From positions 131,400 through 195,399 of the forward strand of contig DAOSDU010000002.1 in the NCBI GenBank assembly GCA_035362715.1: a stretch of 64,000 bases of DNA, written 5' to 3'. Under the pieces are notes generated by a model. It did not search any database, was not told the DNA's origin, and saw only the letters and a list, made by a program, of their open reading frames with translations. Of this stretch, positions 18,517 through 28,355 are shown piece by piece. This stretch comes from Methanofastidiosum sp. Lineage in GTDB: Archaea > Methanobacteriota_B > Thermococci > Methanofastidiosales > Methanofastidiosaceae. Position numbers and translations under genes: made by a program. Numbering within the stretch: the stretch's first letter is position 1; each line of letters begins with the position of its first letter.

Positions 18517-19586
18517 TGGATTTGTACAAAGACCGTAACGCTTCAGATACACTAATAAGAAAAATATCTGAAATCTCTAAAGACTTGGGTGAAATAAAAC
18601 TGTGCCATGTTTGTGGAACGCACGAGCACGTGATTACTCATTATGGCATTAGAGCTTTGTTACCAGAAAACATTCAAGTTGTTTCTGGTCCTGGGTGTCC
18701 AGTTTGTGTAACAACACAAGGTGAAATTGAAGCCGCTGTTAAAGTTGCCGAAAAAGGGGCTATTGTAACTACGTACGGAGATATGATACGGGTACCATCT
18801 AAACGTTCTTTGTCAGATGCAAAAGCATCTGGGCTTGACATTAGACTGGTATATAGTATTAATGATTCAATTAATCTTGCTATATCCAATCCTAATAAAA
18901 AGATTGTTCATTTTGCTATTGGATTTGAGACCACCTGTCCAACAACTGCAGTTGCAGTTCTTAATTCTCCAGATAATTTTTTTGTTTTATCGGCACACAG
19001 GGTAGTTCCTCCTGCTATGGATTTGTTATTGAGCAGCGGGAAAATAAATCTTTCAGGATTTATAGATCCAGGGCACGTTTCTACGATAATCGGAACAAAA
19101 CCATATGAGCCGATATCTAAAAAATTTCATGTGCCTCAAGTGATATGTGGATTTGAACCTAACGATGTACTTATGGGAATTTACCTCCTAGTAAAACAAA
19201 TTAAAGAAAAAAGAGCTGAAGTTGAAAATGAGTATGTTCGTGGTGTAAGGACAGAAGGCAATACTAAAGCCCAAAAACTTATGGAAAAGGTATTTGAACC
19301 CTGCGATATACGCTGGAGAGGATTTCCAGTAATACCAGAATCGGGGCTCTCTTTAAAAAGTGAGTTTTCCAACAAAGACGCATACAAGGAATTTAATATT
19401 GAGATAGAGGATATCCCTGAAGAGAAAGGGTGCAGCTGCCCGGAAGTTTTGAGGGCAGAAAAAATCCCAAGCGAGTGCCCATTATTTGGAAATATATGTA
19501 CGCCACAAAGTCCTAGAGGCCCATGCATGGTTTCTAGAGAGGGTGCTTGTTACATATCCTTTAAATATGAAAAATCTTTTAGGTGA
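18516..19586 (+). CDS. hypD: [NiFe]-hydrogenase maturation protein HypD
   Basis: HVCGTHE, GPGCPVC, GFETT, PGHVS, GPCMVSREGAC. Confidence 0.97.
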   Translation: MDLYKDRNASDTLIRKISEISKDLGEIKLCHVCGTHEHVITHYGIRALLPENIQVVSGPGCPVCVTTQGEIEAAVKVAEKGAIVTTYGDMIRVPSKRSLSDAKASGLDIRLVYSINDSINLAISNPNKKIVHFAIGFETTCPTTAVAVLNSPDNFFVLSAHRVVPPAMDLLLSSGKINLSGFIDPGHVSTIIGTKPYEPISKKFHVPQVICGFEPNDVLMGIYLLVKQIKEKRAEVENEYVRGVRTEGNTKAQKLMEKVFEPCDIRWRGFPVIPESGLSLKSEFSNKDAYKEFNIEIEDIPEEKGCSCPEVLRAEKIPSECPLFGNICTPQSPRGPCMVSREGACYISFKYEKSFR

Positions 19587-19590
19587 AGAT

Positions 19591-20139
19591 ATGGCAATAA
19601 AAGAAAATCCAACTTGTTCCTTTAATAAGGAGTGTAGATATCCAAATATTGACAAAGAAAGTTTTTGCGATGAAATGTCTTCAGTGATTGGAGATGTGAG
19701 AATTGGAAAAGAGGTCTATGTCGCACCTTTTGTATCTTTAAGGGCGGACGAAGGCACCCCCATAATTATAGGGGATAAGAGTAACTTACAAGACGGCGTT
19801 ATAGTCCATGCTTTGGAACATACATCTGTAGAAATTGGTAAAAAGACTTCAATAGCACATGGCACTGTAATTCACGGCCCTACAAAAATAGGAGATAATT
19901 CTTTTGTAGGATTTAGGGCAGTAGTTCATAGCTCAGAAATTGGAAAAGAATGCTTCATAGGTCACGGTGCAATAGTTGTAGGTGTAAAAATTGGCGATAA
20001 TAAATTTGTTCCACATGGGGCCGTAATAACAGAGCAAGAAAAAGCTGACAAACTAGCAGATTCAACTAAAGATCAATTCAAGTTCAACGAAGAAGTATTA
20101 TGTGTAAACTGTGAATTCGCAAGGGGGTACAGGCGTTAA
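19591..20139 (+). CDS. Gamma-class carbonic anhydrase (Cam-like, no signal peptide)
   Basis: LRADEG, SNLQDG, metal His in VHALE and AHGTVIHGP, hexapeptide repeats; start moved to ATG 19591 behind AGGTGA. Confidence 0.88.
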   Translation: MAIKENPTCSFNKECRYPNIDKESFCDEMSSVIGDVRIGKEVYVAPFVSLRADEGTPIIIGDKSNLQDGVIVHALEHTSVEIGKKTSIAHGTVIHGPTKIGDNSFVGFRAVVHSSEIGKECFIGHGAIVVGVKIGDNKFVPHGAVITEQEKADKLADSTKDQFKFNEEVLCVNCEFARGYRR

Positions 20140-22229
20140 TGGATATTTGCCAAATTTTAGGGGAAAAAGGTCTTGAAAAGGCTTTAGAATATTATTCAGA
20201 AGATGAATTAAAAAGCATAATAGAAAAACTAGAACTTGAAAAGCTATTAAAGGTCCCTGGATTTGGTAAAAAGAAAATATTACAGATCCAAAAAGAAACA
20301 TTTGAAGAGATTACTGGTAAAAAGTATGAAGAAGTTCTTTTTGGGGACGCTTGGGAGATATATGAAGAGATAGTGTCCATCCTAGTTTCATACCCTAAAA
20401 CAGAGAGGTCAAGAAATAGATTCTATCTTTATATGCCTCTTAGAGATAAGGAATTGATTTTAAAGAGATTAAATTACTGTTACAAGGCAAAAAAATTTGT
20501 AGAGGGTCTAACTCAAGAAGAAATTAATAAAATATTAGGCTATTTAGATGGTATATCTGATTTGAAAATCCCCTCTCTCAAAAAATTTAGAGACAGAGTT
20601 TTAATAACAGACGACGAAGAACTATCAACGAAAACAAAATCAGAATATTATGATTCTATATATCTTACATCGCCTCATGAGGCAAGAGGGATCAGAGATG
20701 ATTATCCATTGATATTTTACTTGTATGGAAAAAATTCATCTCTTTATGACACACTCTCTGAAATATCCGATTTTTCAATCAATATCGATGATTTCTCTAT
20801 TCGAGATATAGTTCCTGAGTTATTCATTGAACGCTTCATTGATAATTCTGAAAAAATTGAACTGATACTTGATATGTATAAAGTTCTTTTTGAGATTAAA
20901 AATAGCCGGGATATAGCTGCTGACGATGGTGCAAAATTATCTGATTACGTTCAAAAACTCCAAAAAATATCGGATAGAGTGGACTCTTTTTCTAAAGGAA
21001 ATTTTCCCGACGAGAGGCTAAATAAGCTAAAGGAAGCGCTAAATCTAGAGGAAATGGTTAAAACAATAGAGAAGGATATTAATGAAAGATTTTCTAAAAT
21101 AATTGAAAGCCAGGATATTGGTATCGCTGGTAAGGATATATTATCAATGCTCTCGGACATAAAACATTCTGATCCTTTGAAAGCTTTTCAGACTTATATT
21201 CCAAAACAACTTGAGGAAGCATATAGAAAAATAGTCAAGGAATCTGTAGAAAGCCTGAACCAAAAAACAGGTTTAGATGTTTCAGGATTATTCCCTGAAG
21301 AAGTATCTTTCCCAATAGAGGCAAACAGAAATGAATTATTTGAAATCAAAGAAAATATTAGAAAAGAAATATCAAGAAGGGAATTTGAACTAAAAAAAGA
21401 AATGATGGACATCTCAGAATTATGGGATTTCTTGAATCATAGAGTTGAGGAATGTTACGACATTGATTTCTTTGTGGCTATGGGGAGATTTGCCGTTGAA
21501 AAGAATCTTCTGATGCCAAAAATATCTGAAAAAGGATTAAGTTTTAGAAATGGTAAAAATGTTTTAATTCAAAATCCCATTCCAATTAATTATAAGATTG
21601 GGACTACAAATGATACTATGGCTGGAAATGAAAATGTTATTATATTGACAGGTGCAAACTCAGGAGGTAAGACCACTCTTTTGAAACTTGCACTTGCCAT
21701 TCAGATTCTTTTTCAGATGGGGTTCTTAGTTCCTGCTGACGATTCATATGCCTCAATCTTTGATGAAATTGGATTCTTATCAAAGCACAGAGGAGAGTCA
21801 AGAGGAGCATTTGAAACAAGTCTAAAAAGGCTTGTACCGCTTGCAATTGAAGAAAAAAAGAGATTGTTGCTTGTAGACGAACTCGAAGCTATTACAGAAC
21901 CTGGCTCTGCAGCTAGGATTATAGGGACATTCCTAAATTTTTTGAGAAATTCTAATACCTTGTGTGTTATAGTTACGCATCTTGGTGAAGATATAATCTC
22001 TTCGATTAAATCGATAGAAGGTAAATTGCCAGAAGACATGAGAGTTGACGGTATAGAAGCAAAAGGATTGGATGAGTCATTAGAGTTGATTGTTGATAGA
22101 CAGCCAGTATTCTATAAAGCTGGAAAAAGTACACCTGAGCTAATTGTCGAAAGACTTTCCAAAACTACGGAAGGGAAAGAAAAAGAAATATACCAAAAGA
22201 TGGTTGATATACTAAGGAAAAAACCATAA
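20139..22229 (+). CDS. Archaeal MutS-like ATPase with N-terminal helix-hairpin-helix (MutS2/MutS5-like)
   Basis: HhH LLKVPGFGKKK; Walker A GANSGGKTT; GAFE; Walker B LLLVDELEAITEPG; no mismatch-binding domain recognised. Confidence 0.85.
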   Translation: MDICQILGEKGLEKALEYYSEDELKSIIEKLELEKLLKVPGFGKKKILQIQKETFEEITGKKYEEVLFGDAWEIYEEIVSILVSYPKTERSRNRFYLYMPLRDKELILKRLNYCYKAKKFVEGLTQEEINKILGYLDGISDLKIPSLKKFRDRVLITDDEELSTKTKSEYYDSIYLTSPHEARGIRDDYPLIFYLYGKNSSLYDTLSEISDFSINIDDFSIRDIVPELFIERFIDNSEKIELILDMYKVLFEIKNSRDIAADDGAKLSDYVQKLQKISDRVDSFSKGNFPDERLNKLKEALNLEEMVKTIEKDINERFSKIIESQDIGIAGKDILSMLSDIKHSDPLKAFQTYIPKQLEEAYRKIVKESVESLNQKTGLDVSGLFPEEVSFPIEANRNELFEIKENIRKEISRREFELKKEMMDISELWDFLNHRVEECYDIDFFVAMGRFAVEKNLLMPKISEKGLSFRNGKNVLIQNPIPINYKIGTTNDTMAGNENVIILTGANSGGKTTLLKLALAIQILFQMGFLVPADDSYASIFDEIGFLSKHRGESRGAFETSLKRLVPLAIEEKKRLLLVDELEAITEPGSAARIIGTFLNFLRNSNTLCVIVTHLGEDIISSIKSIEGKLPEDMRVDGIEAKGLDESLELIVDRQPVFYKAGKSTPELIVERLSKTTEGKEKEIYQKMVDILRKKP

Positions 22230-22260
22230 AGCTTTTTAATTAATTATTTCGTGTCTTTGT

Positions 22261-23085
22261 ATGGGAGTTTATCAGCCTCAAGACTATGTTATATACATAG
22301 GAATTCTTCTCGTTCTATTGACACTTGCATTGAAATTTCTTTTCAATAAAATAAGAATTGATAAAACCTTCATAATTGCAATTTCTCCTTATATGATAAT
22401 GGCCATAGCCATAAGAGTCTTGGCAGACGTCGGATTTTATGAAAGATCAAAACTTTGGAATATTACACCAGGGGTATACATAGTTGCGTTTGTTCTAGCA
22501 TTTACTATGATATTAATTGGATTTCAACTTGAAAAGAGAAATATCCTATCTTATTGGAAACTTCCATTTGCAGTTGGAATTATGGGCACTATTTATTTTT
22601 TAGCTAATTTAATTCCTTTTTTTAACTATCCCTTGAGGATTATAGTTCCTCTTTTGATGGCGGCTGGAATCACATTGACAGTATACATAATATCACCTCT
22701 ATTCTACAAATCTATTAGAGAGTTTGAAAACACAGCAATACTATTTGGGCATTTGCTGGACGGGTGCGCCACATTCATTGCTATTGATTATTATGGATTT
22801 GGAGAAGAACACTTGTTACCTCTTTTTTTGATAAATCTCACTGGCACTGCTTTAATCATGATACCCTTAAAATTATTATTAATCCTTGTAGTAATCTATC
22901 TACTTGATACTCTATACAAAGAAGAGAGAAAAAACTTCAAGGAAAAGGAAGTTACCATATTTAAATATAAATTTATGATTACAACATTGATGATGCATAA
23001 TTTTTACCTTTCAATAAAAGTACTGGTTTTCATACTTGGATTCGGACCAGGATTCAGAAATACATTATTGCCTTCCCTTTTTTGA
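22261..23085 (+). CDS. DUF63 family membrane protein
   Basis: IRVLAD, ITPGVY, GHLLDGCATF, YGFGEEH, LGFGPGFRN. Confidence 0.85.
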   Translation: MGVYQPQDYVIYIGILLVLLTLALKFLFNKIRIDKTFIIAISPYMIMAIAIRVLADVGFYERSKLWNITPGVYIVAFVLAFTMILIGFQLEKRNILSYWKLPFAVGIMGTIYFLANLIPFFNYPLRIIVPLLMAAGITLTVYIISPLFYKSIREFENTAILFGHLLDGCATFIAIDYYGFGEEHLLPLFLINLTGTALIMIPLKLLLILVVIYLLDTLYKEERKNFKEKEVTIFKYKFMITTLMMHNFYLSIKVLVFILGFGPGFRNTLLPSLF

Positions 23086-23123
23086 TTCAAAAGACTTATT
23101 AATAGTATAAAACACTTATTTTT

Positions 23124-24164
23124 ATGGAAAATCCTATCCATATCATCAATCTTTCAAGAATGGTTGTGATGGGCTCAGACCTCTGGAGCTCAGTTAAAAC
23201 AACAGTTGAAAAGTTAGGGTACAAAAATCCCGTTGTTCTTGATGATCCAATAACAAGAGGGATTGTCGGAAAAAAAGTATCTGATGATTTGAACTGTGAC
23301 CATTATGAAGTTAAAACTGCTTCAATGGCTGAAGTAAATTCTATTGCAGATATTCTGAAAAAAGAAAAATATGATATAGCTGTTTCAATAGGCGGGGGAT
23401 CAGTTATAGATGTTGGAAAACTGGCGTCCTTTAATATCTCTATTCCTTTTATTAGCTATCCAACAGTTGCATCTCACGATGGGATAGCTTCGTCTAGAGC
23501 ATCTATTAAGGATGGTGAAAAAAAATTATCAATAGAGGCACAACCTCCTATTGCAATAATAGCCGATACTAAGATAGTGTCCCAAGCTCCATATAGATTC
23601 CTAGCGTCTGGGTGTGCGGATTTGATATCTAATTATACAGCTGTTTTGGATTGGCAACTCGCCCATAAATTAAAAGGCGAATATTATAGTGAGCATGCAG
23701 CATCTTTATCATCAATGAGTGCCAAGGTGACGATTGACAACGCCGATGTAATAAAAGAAGGTTTGGAAGAATCTTCCAGAAAAGTCCTGAAAGGACTTAT
23801 ATCTTCTGGAGTCGCTATGAGCATAGCAGGATCCTCTAGACCTGCTTCAGGTGCAGAACACGCATTTGCGCACGCACTAGATATGGTTGCGGAAAAACCT
23901 GCAATGCACGGGGAACAGTGCGGAGTTGGTTCTATAATGACTATGTATCTACATAGAGAAGACAAGTATAAAACAATAAAGGAAGCGCTTGAAAAGATAA
24001 AAGCCCCTACAACTGCTGAAGAACTTGGAGTCACAGATCTAGAATTAATAAAAGCACTAACAATGGCACATAAAATTAGAGATAGATATACAATACTTGG
24101 TGAGAGTGGGCTTACTGAGAGGGCAGCTACTAAACTTGCTAAAGTTACGGGGGTAATAGATTGA
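23124..24164 (+). CDS. egsA: sn-glycerol-1-phosphate dehydrogenase
   Basis: GGGSVIDVGK, PTVASHDG, SSRPASGAEH, HGEQCG. Confidence 0.96.
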   Translation: MENPIHIINLSRMVVMGSDLWSSVKTTVEKLGYKNPVVLDDPITRGIVGKKVSDDLNCDHYEVKTASMAEVNSIADILKKEKYDIAVSIGGGSVIDVGKLASFNISIPFISYPTVASHDGIASSRASIKDGEKKLSIEAQPPIAIIADTKIVSQAPYRFLASGCADLISNYTAVLDWQLAHKLKGEYYSEHAASLSSMSAKVTIDNADVIKEGLEESSRKVLKGLISSGVAMSIAGSSRPASGAEHAFAHALDMVAEKPAMHGEQCGVGSIMTMYLHREDKYKTIKEALEKIKAPTTAEELGVTDLELIKALTMAHKIRDRYTILGESGLTERAATKLAKVTGVID

Positions 24165-24589
24165 TTCTTACCCTCCTCCCTAAAAATCTTGCAAAACCAG
24201 GATTTTCTTTTGTAGCGGGGAAGGGGGATGATGAGTGCAAAGGATGTAGATTTTATAAAACATGTGTTGATAATCTAAAACCTGGAAGGATATATACCGT
24301 TTCTTCAGTAAGAAATATTGAGCATCCTTGCAAAATTCATGATTCAGGAGTTAAAATAGTTGAAGTAAATGAATCCCAAATTGAAGCTGCAATCCCTAAG
24401 AAATTTGCAATTGAAGGTGCAACAGGAGTATTTTCATTTTCTTGCAATGAAAGATGCCAATATCATGATTTTTGTATTCCAGATGGAATAAAGATCGGCG
24501 ATAAATTTCATATTATTACAATTAAAGAGAAAATAGAATGTCCACTAAACAATAATATCGTAAGAGTAACCCTGAAAAGAAAAGATTAG
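24161..24589 (+). CDS. UPF0179 family protein
   Basis: C-x2-C-x4-C...H-x-C-x2-H pattern; typical position after egsA. Confidence 0.82.
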   Translation: MILTLLPKNLAKPGFSFVAGKGDDECKGCRFYKTCVDNLKPGRIYTVSSVRNIEHPCKIHDSGVKIVEVNESQIEAAIPKKFAIEGATGVFSFSCNERCQYHDFCIPDGIKIGDKFHIITIKEKIECPLNNNIVRVTLKRKD

Positions 24590-24696
24590 TATACAAACCT
24601 AAATGAACTTGACTTTTCTCCCTTTAATAATATATCCAAGACTATTATTGGTATCATTACTGCTAAGGGCGTAATTGATTTAGCCTTCTTTTTCAT
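24586..24696 (-). CDS. Putative 36-aa small membrane peptide
   Basis: MKKKAKSITPLAVMIPIIVLDILLKGEKSSSFRFVY*; AGGTGAT RBS at 24701-24707 and TTTATATA at ~24732-24739 on the minus strand. Confidence 0.45.
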   Translation of the reverse strand: MKKKAKSITPLAVMIPIIVLDILLKGEKSSSFRFVY

Positions 24697-25061
24697 TTTT
24701 ATCACCTTTAGTTATTATTGTAACTCAATAGTATATAAATCTTTCTATTTATTGTATTATAATAATTTAGAAAATATTTTTAATGATGAATATTAATATC
24801 TATAGTCAATATGGTTGAACTTTATCTTATCTAATTAATAGGAATACTATAATCTAATCGATAGTTATTATATAATAAAATTAATACTAATAAGTAATTT
24901 ATTAATCTTGAATTTAACTGTTATTTATCATTAGTATAAGAATTAAAATTCAATATACAGGGATATTTTTAGTAGTGCTTTAAATTAAATCAATTTTTTT
25001 GAATACTGATAGTAGTAACATTTATATATATTAACGTTAGAGATAATGATGGTGAGCATCA

Positions 25062-25472
25062 ATGGAAGAAAATGCCGAAGAGGCCATTATAGAGTATCTT
25101 AAAGGTGTAAAAATTGGCGCTACTCCTTCAGAGATTGCCGATAATCTTAATATGTCTAGAGCCACCGCTGTAAAATATCTTGAAATAATGAGGGCTATAG
25201 GGCTAGTTGATTATAGACGGATAGGTATGGCAAAGGTTTACTTTGTCGCAACAAAGCTCTCATATGCACAGCATGTTCTTCTTAGAAAAACAAGAGATTT
25301 AATTGAGTCAATAAAAACTGCTGATGAACATATACAAGTATTGGAAAAAGTTCTAGCGATTCATATTAGTATAATGCAAACTTATAATGCCGAGGATAGG
25401 GAAAAATTCATTAAACTATTCAATAATATTATTGACAAGATAAAAAAAGGGGAGAATACGGTAGGCAAATAA
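25062..25472 (+). CDS. Winged helix-turn-helix DNA-binding protein
   Basis: TPSEIADNLNMSRATAVKYLEIM...GLV...IGMAKVY; upstream TATA and GGTGA. Confidence 0.82.
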   Translation: MEENAEEAIIEYLKGVKIGATPSEIADNLNMSRATAVKYLEIMRAIGLVDYRRIGMAKVYFVATKLSYAQHVLLRKTRDLIESIKTADEHIQVLEKVLAIHISIMQTYNAEDREKFIKLFNNIIDKIKKGENTVGK

Positions 25473-25547
25473 ACTTTTCTTGCAAAAAATCTGCTCCAAT
25501 TTTATTTATAACAATAAAATTTATAATCCCTTTATATTCATTCAAGC

Positions 25548-25724
25548 ATGGTGGAGTCGTTGAACTATACAAAATATGAAAAAGTAAGAATTATTGGGGC
25601 TAGAGCCCTTCAGATATCTTTAGGGGCACCTATATTACTTGAAACATCTATTCTTGACCCTATTAGAATTGCACAAGAAGAAATGAAGAAGGGAGTAATT
25701 CCAATAACTGTTGTAAGGGATTAG
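25548..25724 (+). CDS. rpoK: DNA-directed RNA polymerase subunit K (Rpo6), missed by the ORF track
   Basis: Manual translation [31 protein letters not shown]...[22 protein letters not shown]; true start may be TTG 25560. Confidence 0.95.
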   Translation: MVESLNYTKYEKVRIIGARALQISLGAPILLETSILDPIRIAQEEMKKGVIPITVVRD

Positions 25725-25728
25725 CCTT

Positions 25729-26727
25729 ATGGGCGTAAACCTGGGTGAAATAGTCCCCAAACAAAAAATTGATATTTCGGATTTAAATGGTAAAAGTGTA
25801 GCAATTGACGCTTATAATGCACTTTACCAATTTTTAGCTATTATAAGGCAGAGGGATGGGACTCCATTAAAAAATTCAAAAGGAGAGGTAACATCTCATC
25901 TGTCCGGTCTTTTTTATAGAACTGTTAATTTCATTGAACAAGGGATCAGGCCCATATATGTTTTTGATGGTAAGCCACCTGAATTAAAGTTCCAAACAAT
26001 TGAAAAAAGAAAAGAAGCCAAGGACGAAGCAAGAGATAAGTACATCGATGCCAAAGCCCGAGGAGATTTTAAAGAAGCAAAAAAATATTCCCAAATGACA
26101 TCTTCTTTGAAGGGAGACATGGTAACTAGTTCTAAAGAACTTTTAGATTCTATGGGTATTCCATATATTGAATCGCCATCAGAAGGTGAATCTCAGGCTG
26201 CATATGTTGTTTTGAAAGGCGATGCGGATTTATCTGCATCACAGGACTACGATTCAATACTCTTTGGGGCTCCCTCTTTAGTAAGAAATCTGACTATTTC
26301 TGGAAAAAGGAAGATTCCAGGCAAGGATTTATTTGTTGATGTTGTGCCTGAGATTATAACTAATGAAAATGTACTTAATTCGCTCAATTTTTCAAGAGAA
26401 CAATTGATTCAAGTTGCCATACTCATTGGAACTGACTATAATCCTGGCGGAATAAAAGGAATTGGTCCCAAAAAAGCCATAGAAATTGTAAGAGATGGGA
26501 AATTTGGGGAATATGGAGAATTTGATCAAATAATTAATCTCTTTTTGAATCCAGATGTTTCTGATAATTATAAAATCTCCTTTCAAAAGCCAGAAAAGGA
26601 AAAAATATTAAAGATACTATGTGACAGATACGAGTTTTCAGAACTTAGAGTAGAGAAAGGAATAGAGAGAATTGAATTCTCTCTAGAAAATACTCTAAAA
26701 CAAAAAACTCTCGATATGTATTTTTAA
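25729..26727 (+). CDS. fen: Flap endonuclease 1
   Basis: AIDAYNALYQFL, TSHLSGLFYR, PSEGESQA, SQDYD, GTDYNPGG; C-terminal PIP box KQKTLDMYF. Confidence 0.97.
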   Translation: MGVNLGEIVPKQKIDISDLNGKSVAIDAYNALYQFLAIIRQRDGTPLKNSKGEVTSHLSGLFYRTVNFIEQGIRPIYVFDGKPPELKFQTIEKRKEAKDEARDKYIDAKARGDFKEAKKYSQMTSSLKGDMVTSSKELLDSMGIPYIESPSEGESQAAYVVLKGDADLSASQDYDSILFGAPSLVRNLTISGKRKIPGKDLFVDVVPEIITNENVLNSLNFSREQLIQVAILIGTDYNPGGIKGIGPKKAIEIVRDGKFGEYGEFDQIINLFLNPDVSDNYKISFQKPEKEKILKILCDRYEFSELRVEKGIERIEFSLENTLKQKTLDMYF

Positions 26728-27533
26728 ATCTTAAATCTCTTTAAGATGTTTTCAATTTCTAGAGGCTCACTTATTGTGTAATCAACTATAGTTTTCAAAT
26801 CGTTTTTTCTTTTAGCTTCACTTTCTAGTATTAAGAAACTTAAATCTGCTTCTTCGAAAGCTCCTTTATCATTAATATCATCGCCTACCATTATTACTTG
26901 TTCGTAGGTCTTTTTTAGATTTGATATAATTTTTCTCTTACCTTCTGGGTCTACTTGAGGAAAAACGAAATTATCCAATATCCCAAGTCTTTTTGCAAGG
27001 GGGTATACTGAACAGGGATTGTCTCCCGTGGCAAGATAAATATCCATCCCTTCTGATTGGAGAAAGTCAAATAATTGAAAAACCCCTTCTTTTATCTTAC
27101 CTGAAGAAGCGACTATATGAGTTATTCTTTCTCTTTCGGCGTCCCCAACAACTCCACATCCAACCAAGGTACAAACATCATATTGCTTTTTTAGTTTTTT
27201 TATTGTTTCGTTAACTTCTTCGATAGTTATATCTTCTGCCCATTTGAGAATTTTTTCTTTTTCTATTGTGGCATTCGTGCCTTTAAATACTACTTCGAAT
27301 CCTATATTTAGGTCTTTAATCAAGTGCCCAAGACTTTTTTTAGAATCTTCTTGCAAAAACGTGCATCTTGGATCTGTAGTTATTGTTACAAGAAAAAGGT
27401 TTGGATTATCTTCAATTAATTCTATACAGGATTTGTGGTAAATAAATTCATTTTTTTCCAAATCCTTTGATACTCTTTTAGTATCAACAAGTGTTCCGGA
27501 TTTATCAAATACTATTGCTATCATGGTGGACAT
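26724..27533 (-). CDS. HAD-superfamily hydrolase resembling soluble P-type ATPases
   Basis: FDKSGTL (cf. DKTGT), ATGD, K, MVGDDIND; no TM helices; overlaps the mcrC 3' end. Confidence 0.82.
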   Translation of the reverse strand: MSTMIAIVFDKSGTLVDTKRVSKDLEKNEFIYHKSCIELIEDNPNLFLVTITTDPRCTFLQEDSKKSLGHLIKDLNIGFEVVFKGTNATIEKEKILKWAEDITIEEVNETIKKLKKQYDVCTLVGCGVVGDAERERITHIVASSGKIKEGVFQLFDFLQSEGMDIYLATGDNPCSVYPLAKRLGILDNFVFPQVDPEGKRKIISNLKKTYEQVIMVGDDINDKGAFEEADLSFLILESEAKRKNDLKTIVDYTISEPLEIENILKRFKI

Positions 27534-28107
27534 TTCTTTTTACTTTGGAGATAATTTCATCAAGTTTCTCTTGTGGGCAACTTTGGCCCCTTATAATCCC
27601 ACTTATTATCTCGACTACTCTCCCTTTTGTAGTTCCATTATCATTATTAATAGTTTTTACGCCTATTTTTTCAAAATCTTCAAGGGTAACGGGGGCTTGG
27701 CATGCAATTATTGCGTCAATAGGGGCAAGATCTAGAATGAATTTGGCCTTATAGATTACATGGGTCCTAATATTCCCAAGATGTATTATTGCAAGCTTAA
27801 ATTCATTTAATATTTCAACTTCCTTTTCTTCAATACCGAATAGAACACTTACCCCCGAAGAAGGAGCTTCTGGGGGAACTCCATTTCCAGCGTTTAATAC
27901 CATAACACTTGTCTTTATGCCAGCTTCTCTCATGGCATAAGTTATCTCGCATATTGGTTTTGTTATATGTCTTCTTCCAGGGCTCATTGCTATCGCTATA
28001 ATATCCCTACCTGCATCTGCAAAAGTGCCTCTTTGTGCTAGCCCCCCACCAAGGCCCATTCCTCCGCCCATTCTGCACTGGACCATATGCGTATTTCTTC
28101 CAATCAT
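27505..28107 (-). CDS. mcrC: Methyl-coenzyme M reductase operon protein C
   Basis: VQCR..GMGLGGGLAQRGT, AMSPGRRHITKPICEIT, VLNAGNGVP, HLGNIRTH, GIIRGQSCP. Confidence 0.95.
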   Translation of the reverse strand: MIGRNTHMVQCRMGGGMGLGGGLAQRGTFADAGRDIIAIAMSPGRRHITKPICEITYAMREAGIKTSVMVLNAGNGVPPEAPSSGVSVLFGIEEKEVEILNEFKLAIIHLGNIRTHVIYKAKFILDLAPIDAIIACQAPVTLEDFEKIGVKTINNDNGTTKGRVVEIISGIIRGQSCPQEKLDEIISKVKRNVHHDSNSI

Positions 28108-28355
28108 AAAAATCAACTATATATTCAGTTTATTTTTTATTTTAAAACTTTCCTATTGATTTGATATTTTTTACTTTATTAATTTACTTGATTATCTGTA
28201 TGCCAAGAGGCCAAACAAGCATACTTAAAGGAATAGCAACAATAAGCATTGTTAAATGCGTTTTCTTTAATTCTTTGCATATCTTTTAAAATAACTATTA
28301 GAAAAGATTTATAAATGACTATTCATCCGTTATGCAGATTAGAAGGTGATTTTAA

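Noticed and set aside
19486..19590. 35-aa N-terminal extension of the carbonic anhydrase
   Set aside because: It overlaps hypD by about 100 nt; a better ATG with RBS lies at 19591
24700..25060. Long AT-rich intergenic region as a possible origin
   Set aside because: No ORB-like motif seen; divergent promoters explain it
28185..28290. Minus-strand hydrophobic fragment (KELKKTHLTMLIVAIPLSMLVWPLGIQIIK) and weak hairpins between mcrC and the V4R-like gene
   Set aside because: No convincing start or RBS and no recognisable family; may be a gene relic but cannot be supported
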